From: Candidatus Latescibacterota bacterium
GTDB lineage: Bacteria > Latescibacterota > UBA2968 > UBA8231
DNA length: 64,000 nt
Direction: 5' to 3'
Assembly (NCBI GenBank): GCA_965200315.1
Contig: OZ241362.1
Location: forward strand, 5,295,246-5,359,245
Within the stretch, counting starts at the first letter, position 1. Every line of letters begins with the position of its first letter. The position numbers were made by a program, and so were the translations under genes. Below, in pieces: positions 57,889 through 64,000 of this stretch. The notes below the pieces were generated by a model, which made no database searches, was not told where the DNA came from, and saw nothing but the letters and a program-made list of their open reading frames with translations.

Positions 57889-59645
57889 TGTTCGCCCTTG
57901 GCCTCCACTACCTGAACGGATGGGCAATGGCCGCGGCGGACGGGGCCAGAAAAGAGCAGGCCGAATGGCCGCCGCATCCCGACCGGGTCTTCATGGCGTT
58001 GGCCGCCGCTTGGTTTGAGACCGGCGAAGATCCCGCCGAAGGCGAAGCCCTGCGCTGGCTCGAAACCCTGCCACCCCCGGCGATTGCGGCCTCGGATGCG
58101 GACAGCCGCGCCGCTGTTGTTAGCTATGTGCCCGTGAATGACGCGAGTGTCAAACGCAAAATGCCCACTAGCGGAGACCTGAACAAACTAAAAAATGCTG
58201 GCTTGGCCTTACTACCCGAGTATCGGTTGCGCCAGCCCCGTGGTTTCCCGCTTGCCATCCCCCACGACCCGACGGTGCATCTGATTTGGCCAGAGGTCGA
58301 ATTAGGGGTGCATCGCGCCGCCTTGGAACAGCTAGCGGCTAAGGTCACGCACGTAGGACATTCGGCTTCCTTTGTACAGGCGTGGTTTGAGGAAGGCTGC
58401 AAGATCACCGCTACTTGGGAGCCGACCGAAGGAGTCGCCAAACACCGCCTGCGAATTCCCTCCACCGGGCGGCTTGACGGACTTATCCGAGCCTGTAATC
58501 GCGCCGCGTGGATGGAATATCACGACCTTTGCGCCGAGATCAAGCAAGCTGAAGCAGATCTCAAGGCGATGAAACACCCGCCCAGGGTGCCTTGGGAATC
58601 ATTCGCGGACGTGATTTTGCTGGCCGGAGAGCCCCAGACCAAGCAGCATCCCGCGTATGCTGGTGCAAAAACGGGCGATGCCGTGGCTGCGGCAAAGCAA
58701 GGTGGAAGTAGATCGAATAGCAGGCGAAGTCCTCGCGAGCAAAGACAGTACATCAAGGAAATGAAAGCGTGTTTGAAGGACCGTTTTCCCAATGGGGAAC
58801 CGACGACCCTGCGTCCGGTGCCAGGCCGCTGGCAGGGATATGATCAACCACCACAAGACAGTGACCCGAAAGTCCCCGGCTCGGTTTTCGATCCTCGGCT
58901 CATCGTCCTCGGCATCAAAGGCAAGCGCGTATCTCTGCCAGCGACGCTCAAGCTCACAGCGGCCCTACGCGGCTTATTGATGAGAGAGTGTCGTGAACAA
59001 CCGCCCCCCGAGTGGTTCAGCGGCCATCGTCGGGACGGCACCCCCACCGCCGAACCGCATCTCGCCCTGACGCCTCTCCCGTTTGTAGGCTCAGAACATG
59101 CGGACGGTCGAATTATGGGGCTAGCTATAGCCCTGCCGATGGGGGAGGCCGGGCACTGCCTCGAACCGTTTCTACGCGATTCTACCGGATTGCCGCGTGA
59201 ACATCCGTTGTTTGATGGCCAGTGGTTCGAGTGCGCTATTGCGCTGGAAACCCGCGAACGCCTGCCGAAAAACCTCGACTCGGATACTTGGACCCGAAAG
59301 TCGCGTATATGGGCGAGCGTGACCCCGGTGGTTTTGAACCAGCATTTCGATGGCAAGGACAAGTGGGCGCGGGCCGCCGAGAGTGTGAAGGACATGTGCG
59401 GACACATCGGTCTGCCGCGCCCACGCGAGGTCCTACTGCATCCGGTTTCGCTCGTTGAGGGCGTACCTCATGCCCGAGCCTATCCGCTGTTGACGCGCAA
59501 AAGCGACGGCGGACGCCGCAGCCACAACCACGCAGTAATCATCTTTGCGGAGCCCGTGCGCGGCCCGGTGCTCGTGGGGGCTGGCCGCTTCCGGGGATAT
59601 GGACTGTGCCGGCCGATGGATGAGCGAGGTGAGTACCGTGCCTGA
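57888..59645 (+). CDS. csb2: Type I-G CRISPR Cas5/Cas6 fusion (Csb2) with internal insertion
   Basis: EWPPHPDRVFMALAA, YVPVND, WASVTPVVL, terminal GPVLVGAGRFRGYGLC; TAATG overlap. Confidence 0.93.
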   Translation: MFALGLHYLNGWAMAAADGARKEQAEWPPHPDRVFMALAAAWFETGEDPAEGEALRWLETLPPPAIAASDADSRAAVVSYVPVNDASVKRKMPTSGDLNKLKNAGLALLPEYRLRQPRGFPLAIPHDPTVHLIWPEVELGVHRAALEQLAAKVTHVGHSASFVQAWFEEGCKITATWEPTEGVAKHRLRIPSTGRLDGLIRACNRAAWMEYHDLCAEIKQAEADLKAMKHPPRVPWESFADVILLAGEPQTKQHPAYAGAKTGDAVAAAKQGGSRSNSRRSPREQRQYIKEMKACLKDRFPNGEPTTLRPVPGRWQGYDQPPQDSDPKVPGSVFDPRLIVLGIKGKRVSLPATLKLTAALRGLLMRECREQPPPEWFSGHRRDGTPTAEPHLALTPLPFVGSEHADGRIMGLAIALPMGEAGHCLEPFLRDSTGLPREHPLFDGQWFECAIALETRERLPKNLDSDTWTRKSRIWASVTPVVLNQHFDGKDKWARAAESVKDMCGHIGLPRPREVLLHPVSLVEGVPHARAYPLLTRKSDGGRRSHNHAVIIFAEPVRGPVLVGAGRFRGYGLCRPMDERGEYRA

Positions 59646-62550
59646 ACTGAACGCCACAGACTTCGGCCCGTTTTTCTGCGAATTGTGGGGGTATCGGCCC
59701 TTTGCTTGGCAGCAGGCATTGGCTGATAGGGTGCTGGGTTGTCCAGAGGCACCTTGGCCCGAAGCCATTGCCTTGCCAACGGCAGCGGGCAAGACCGCGT
59801 GCTTGGATATTGCGGTGTTCGCGTTGGCGGCTCAGGCATCTCGGTTGGCTCGGAAGCAACCCATCACGGCACCGCGCCGCGTGTTTTTGGTCGTCGATCG
59901 GCGCGTCATCGTGGACCAAGCACACGAGCGGGCCAAGCGTCTTGCCAAGCGTCTTGCCAACGCTGAGGCCGGCATCCTCAAGCGCGTTGCGGACAACCTG
60001 TGCCAGATTGCCCACGGCGAGGCAGACGGATTTGAAGAGACACGGCCGCTGGCCGCTTACGCATTGCGCGGCGGTATGTATCGGTCGGAGGCTTGGATGC
60101 ACAGCCCGCTTCAACCCATGGTGGTAGCCTCGACCGTCGATCAGATCGGCTCTCGCCTGTTGTTCCGCGCCTATGGACGTGGCCCTAGCGCGTGGCCCAT
60201 AGCGGCGGGATTGATCGCCAACGACAGCCTAATTTTGCTTGACGAGGCGCACTGCGCCCAGCCGTTCTTACAAACTCTGCAAGCGGTGCGACGCTATCAA
60301 AAATGGGCGCATACGCCGCTTGGACGCCCCTTTTACCCGGTAGTGATGTCGGCGACTCCACCGCCGGGGATGGACTTATTCAAGGACCTATCCGAAGAAA
60401 GCCGCGATTCGGCCCACCCGCTCGGTCAGCGCCAACTAGCACATAAGCCTGCTATCCTGAAGGCAGTCAAAAAAGCCAAGGGAAAGCAGGCGACTAGTGT
60501 GCTGGCTAGGGCCTTGTCCAAAGCTGCCGAGGGGCTGATCAACAAAGAACGCCGTGCTATTGTGGTGTTCGTCAACCGCGTCGCCACGGCGCGGGAGACC
60601 TGTTGTCTGCTCCACCGCCGAGAGGACCTTGACGCCGTACTGTTGACAGGTCGGATGCGCCCCGTCGATAAGGACACTCTAGTTAAGCAACGCTTGAAAG
60701 CTCTCGAATCCGACCAGGCGGCCCAACGCATGTTGGCAAAGCCGGTGATTGTCGTGGCTACCCAAACCTTGGAAGTCGGGGCCGATCTCGATTTCGACGG
60801 CCTAGTGACCGAATGCGCTAGTCTCGACGCATTGCGCCAGCGTTTTGGTCGTTTGAATCGCATGGGGCGGAAGATTGACGCACGAGCGGTTATTGTCGTG
60901 CGCGACGACCAAGCAGGTGCCACAGTCGACGACCCTGTGTACGGCGAGGCACTTACTAAGACTTGGCATTGGCTCAACGAGCGCAAGGACGAAAATGGCG
61001 AGGTCGATTTTGGGATTGACCATCTACCGGACGGGAATTCTACGCTCAACGCTCCGTTCGACCCTGCCCCGGTAATGCTTCCTGCCCATGTCGACTGCTG
61101 GGCACAGACAGCACCGGAGCCACAACCTTCGCCCGATGTGGCTCCGTTCCTACACGGGCCTCGCAAAGGCGCAGCGGATGTGCAGGTGTGCTGGCGCGCC
61201 GATCTGGATTTGATCCGTGAAAAGGAGACCGCGCTGGAACTTCTGGCCTTGTGCCCGCCGAGCAGCAGCGAGACGCTTCCGGTCCCGATCGGCGTATTCA
61301 GGCGTTGGCTGGCCGGAGAGGATGCCGCAGACGACAGTGCCGATGTGGAAGGAATCAAAGCAGAGGACGGCATTAGCGGGAACGGTTCGTCCAATGTGGA
61401 GGAACGTCAGATAATCCGATGGTGGGGGGCTGAAACGGAAGCCGAACCCATCACAGCGGACCCCAAGGCGATTCGGCCCGGCGACGTCATCGTGATTCCA
61501 ACCAAGCATCAGGGGGCGACCGATCAACTCGGAGACTTGCCGCTGGATGCCGACTTGGACGTGGGAGATCGTGCCTATCGGATCGCCCGTGCCAAGCCCA
61601 TCCTTCGCTTGCACCCGGACCTAGTGGATGCTTGGCCGGATTCCGTTACCGCCAAAAAAACCGCTCGTGAGTTATTAAAAGATTTGGAACGAAAATACGA
61701 GGACGGTGAGCTTAACGATCCCTTGCGCGATCTTCTAACAGAGCTTTCCAATTCGCCCGAATCGTCTTGGCTATCGGAAGCCGCAAGCGAACTCTACGAG
61801 GAGTTTCCCGGGTCGAGACTGCACATAGTCGGCGGCAAAAGTATTGTCCTCGTCGGGCAGCAGAGTATACCGGAACTCACCCGCGAAGCCGACATCTTCA
61901 GCGATGAGGACGACGCTAGCACGTCTGGAACTGGGCGTCGCGTCAAATTGCTAAGTCACCTGCCCGGCGTCGAAGAAATGGCCCGTCGTCATGCCTCGGC
62001 CTGCGGCTTGCCTGAGGACTTGGTCGAGGCGATTGCCCGCGCTGGCCTGTTGCACGATTTGGGCAAGGCCGATCCTCGATTTCAGTCTTTGTTGCAGGGC
62101 GGCACTCGCTGGTTGGGCGGAGAACATCTCGCCAAATCCGCCGAAATGCCCAAGACCCGCGCTGCCCGCAATCGCGCTTATGCGAACTCTAAATACCCCA
62201 AAGGAGGTCGGCACGAACTGCTTTCAGTGCGCCTATCCGAAAGCGCGGCAGAGCTTTTGCCGGCAAGAGACGATCTGCGCGACTTGGTTCTACATTTGAT
62301 TGCCAGCCATCACGGCCGCTGTCGGCCGTTTGCGCCGGTGGTTGACGATCAGGGCGCGGATGTAGATTTCGAGTTGTGCGGCCAACGGACGCACTGGCCT
62401 GGTCCCACCGGCCTTGAGCGTCTCGATTCTGGCGTCGCGGATCGCTATTGGCGGCTGGTTCGACGCTATGGCTGGTGGGGCTTGGCTTGGCTGGAAGCCC
62501 TGCTGCGACTTGCTGATTGGCGGCAGAGCGAACTGGAGGAGACACAATGA
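59638..62550 (+). CDS. cas3: Type I-G Cas3 helicase-nuclease (C-terminal HD domain)
   Basis: PFAWQ, LPTAAGKT, VDRRVIVDQ, STVDQ, DEAH, SAT, QRFGRLNR, LHDLGKAD, SHHG, LRLAD; GTG after GAGGTG. Confidence 0.96.
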   Translation: MPELNATDFGPFFCELWGYRPFAWQQALADRVLGCPEAPWPEAIALPTAAGKTACLDIAVFALAAQASRLARKQPITAPRRVFLVVDRRVIVDQAHERAKRLAKRLANAEAGILKRVADNLCQIAHGEADGFEETRPLAAYALRGGMYRSEAWMHSPLQPMVVASTVDQIGSRLLFRAYGRGPSAWPIAAGLIANDSLILLDEAHCAQPFLQTLQAVRRYQKWAHTPLGRPFYPVVMSATPPPGMDLFKDLSEESRDSAHPLGQRQLAHKPAILKAVKKAKGKQATSVLARALSKAAEGLINKERRAIVVFVNRVATARETCCLLHRREDLDAVLLTGRMRPVDKDTLVKQRLKALESDQAAQRMLAKPVIVVATQTLEVGADLDFDGLVTECASLDALRQRFGRLNRMGRKIDARAVIVVRDDQAGATVDDPVYGEALTKTWHWLNERKDENGEVDFGIDHLPDGNSTLNAPFDPAPVMLPAHVDCWAQTAPEPQPSPDVAPFLHGPRKGAADVQVCWRADLDLIREKETALELLALCPPSSSETLPVPIGVFRRWLAGEDAADDSADVEGIKAEDGISGNGSSNVEERQIIRWWGAETEAEPITADPKAIRPGDVIVIPTKHQGATDQLGDLPLDADLDVGDRAYRIARAKPILRLHPDLVDAWPDSVTAKKTARELLKDLERKYEDGELNDPLRDLLTELSNSPESSWLSEAASELYEEFPGSRLHIVGGKSIVLVGQQSIPELTREADIFSDEDDASTSGTGRRVKLLSHLPGVEEMARRHASACGLPEDLVEAIARAGLLHDLGKADPRFQSLLQGGTRWLGGEHLAKSAEMPKTRAARNRAYANSKYPKGGRHELLSVRLSESAAELLPARDDLRDLVLHLIASHHGRCRPFAPVVDDQGADVDFELCGQRTHWPGPTGLERLDSGVADRYWRLVRRYGWWGLAWLEALLRLADWRQSELEETQ

Positions 62551-63471
62551 CCGCAAATGAATCAACTCCGGGGCTTTTGCTGAACGGGCTCGACGGCAGC
62601 AATCCGCTGGGATTTTTGGCGGCGGTTGGTACGTTGCGGACCGCGACGCAGGCAGGTTGTGTGAGTTGGGAGTTAAAATGGGAAAAACAGGACGAGCAAT
62701 GGTCTCCTGTTTTGCTCGGGGACGAGGCGTCTACAGCAGATAATTTGCTCGAACTGCTCATGCCTACCTTAAAGGCAATGCAGGACGCCCCGGCCCTATC
62801 TTTCGGCAAAAATCTGAATGTCGATCCAGAAAAATTTCGTACGGTAGCTAAAGACGCACAGGCTCGAGCTACTTTCGCCGACCATCGCGACGCAGATTTT
62901 ATTGCGGCCTTTGGCTGCGAGAGGCCTTTCTACTTCCGACGATAAAACTATTCAGGACACTGCGCTGCGGACTATGAGCGGAGCGGGACATCAGCACTTC
63001 TTAGGTTCTATGCGAACCCTTGCAGAAAAAACCACAGCAGAACATCTGCGGGCCGCGCTATTTCAACCGTGGCAGTACACAGATAAGAAGTTTAGCATGC
63101 GATGGGATCCTATTGATGATCGCCGATATGCTCTGCGTTGGGAGGATCCTTCCGCCGCCCCCACGCAAACCGTGTGGGGGGCTAACCGCCTCGCCGTAGA
63201 GGCCCTTCCTCTTTTTCCGACCGCGCCAGTAGGGCCACAGCTTCACACTACTGGTTTTTCCCAGCGACGCGGTAAAGATGTTTTTATGTGGCCGATATGG
63301 GTTGTTCCCTTGAGCTTGGATATCGTGCGGTCGCTACTCAGCCTAGACGAACTTCAGAAATCTCTTCCAGACCGAAACCGCCTGCTGGCTATGGGGGTAG
63401 CTGAGATATACTGTAGCCAGCGTTTTACTAAGGGTAAGTTTCGCAACTTTGCCCCAGCTCATCCCGTCTGA
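62547..63471 (+). pseudogene. cas8: Type I-G Cas8g-type large subunit, split by a +1 frameshift near 62920
   Basis: GLDGSNPLGFLAAVG...FIAAFGCE in one frame; IQDTALRTMSGAGHQHFL...RWDPIDDRRYALRW...GANRLA in the next; lies between cas3 and cas4/1. Confidence 0.8.
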
Positions 63472-63495
63472 TAAACAGTCCTTAGCTCCCATCCC

Positions 63496-64000
63496 ATGAC
63501 CCACGACCACCAACTCACCCTCCCCTTGGCCCCGCCGCCAACCGATGCGAACACGCCGCTTGTCCCGGCCCGCATGGTCAACGAGTGGGTCTATTGCCCG
63601 CGCTTGGCCTATTTGGAATGGGTGGAAGGCGAGTGGGCCGAAAGTGGCGACACGGCTGCCGGTCGCAGGCCTCCGCCGCTCGAAAACAGCCCCAAGTGCC
63701 CGCGCTGTTCGCTGGCTGGCATCTGCCTGCCGGACGAGACCAACCTGTTCCGCAAGGGGTATCCGCCGCGTCCGCTGAACCCGTCCGACGATCCGGCTCT
63801 TCCGCTTTACGTGCAAACGCCGGGAGCGCGGCTGCGCAAAAGCGGCGAGCGCTTGGTGGTGGAGACCAAAGAAGAAACGGTGGAGATGCCTCTGATCGAC
63901 GTTTCTCAAGTCGATCTGTTCGGCCCGGTCTCGGTAACTACACCGGCTCTGCACGCGCTGATGAACGCTGAGATTCCAGTGTCGTGGTTTTCCACAGGTG
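63496..64000 (+). CDS. cas1: Cas4-Cas1 fusion with deleted Cas4 core; runs off the right edge
   Basis: Hand translation: ...PARMVNEWVYCPRLAYLEWVEGEW...DTAAGRR|PPPLENSPKCPRCSLAGICLPDE...PLYVQTPGARLRKSGERLVV...IPVSWFSTG. Confidence 0.92.
   Translation, partial: MTHDHQLTLPLAPPPTDANTPLVPARMVNEWVYCPRLAYLEWVEGEWAESGDTAAGRRPPPLENSPKCPRCSLAGICLPDETNLFRKGYPPRPLNPSDDPALPLYVQTPGARLRKSGERLVVETKEETVEMPLIDVSQVDLFGPVSVTTPALHALMNAEIPVSWFSTG

Overview
GC-rich bacterial chromosomal window. Secreted proteins with FlgD-Ig or 'TAVExxSWGxIK' C-termini, plus many sulfatases, phytanoyl-CoA-type dioxygenases, enolase-superfamily and Gfo/Idh/MocA enzymes, suggest a Latescibacterota/Poribacteria-like organism (inference). 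The catabolic backbone is interrupted by defence-type islands: (i) vapBC plus a type I R-M locus carrying a zeta-like ATPase pair and a HipA-kinase/HIRAN pair (9.4-19.5 kb); (ii) a coupled operon of three dynamin-like GTPases plus a small membrane protein (39.6-45.6 kb); (iii) a C5 methyltransferase whose downstream partner is internally deleted (53.4-54.7 kb); (iv) a type I-G (I-U) CRISPR-Cas operon (56.6 kb to window end). The most striking observation is a divergent one-spacer mini-array just upstream of the cas operon. Its spacer matches the operon's own predicted transcription start region next to a TTA PAM, with mismatches only at positions 6 and 12 of the first 16 nt, which suggests an RNA-guided autorepression circuit. 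The same cas locus has a PRTase-like insert in Csb2, a frameshifted cas8 and a Cas4-Cas1 fusion lacking the Cas4 nuclease core. Several other defence/TA genes survive only as joined N- and C-terminal stubs. No rRNA, tRNA or full CRISPR array was seen. All family assignments are motif-based, by eye.
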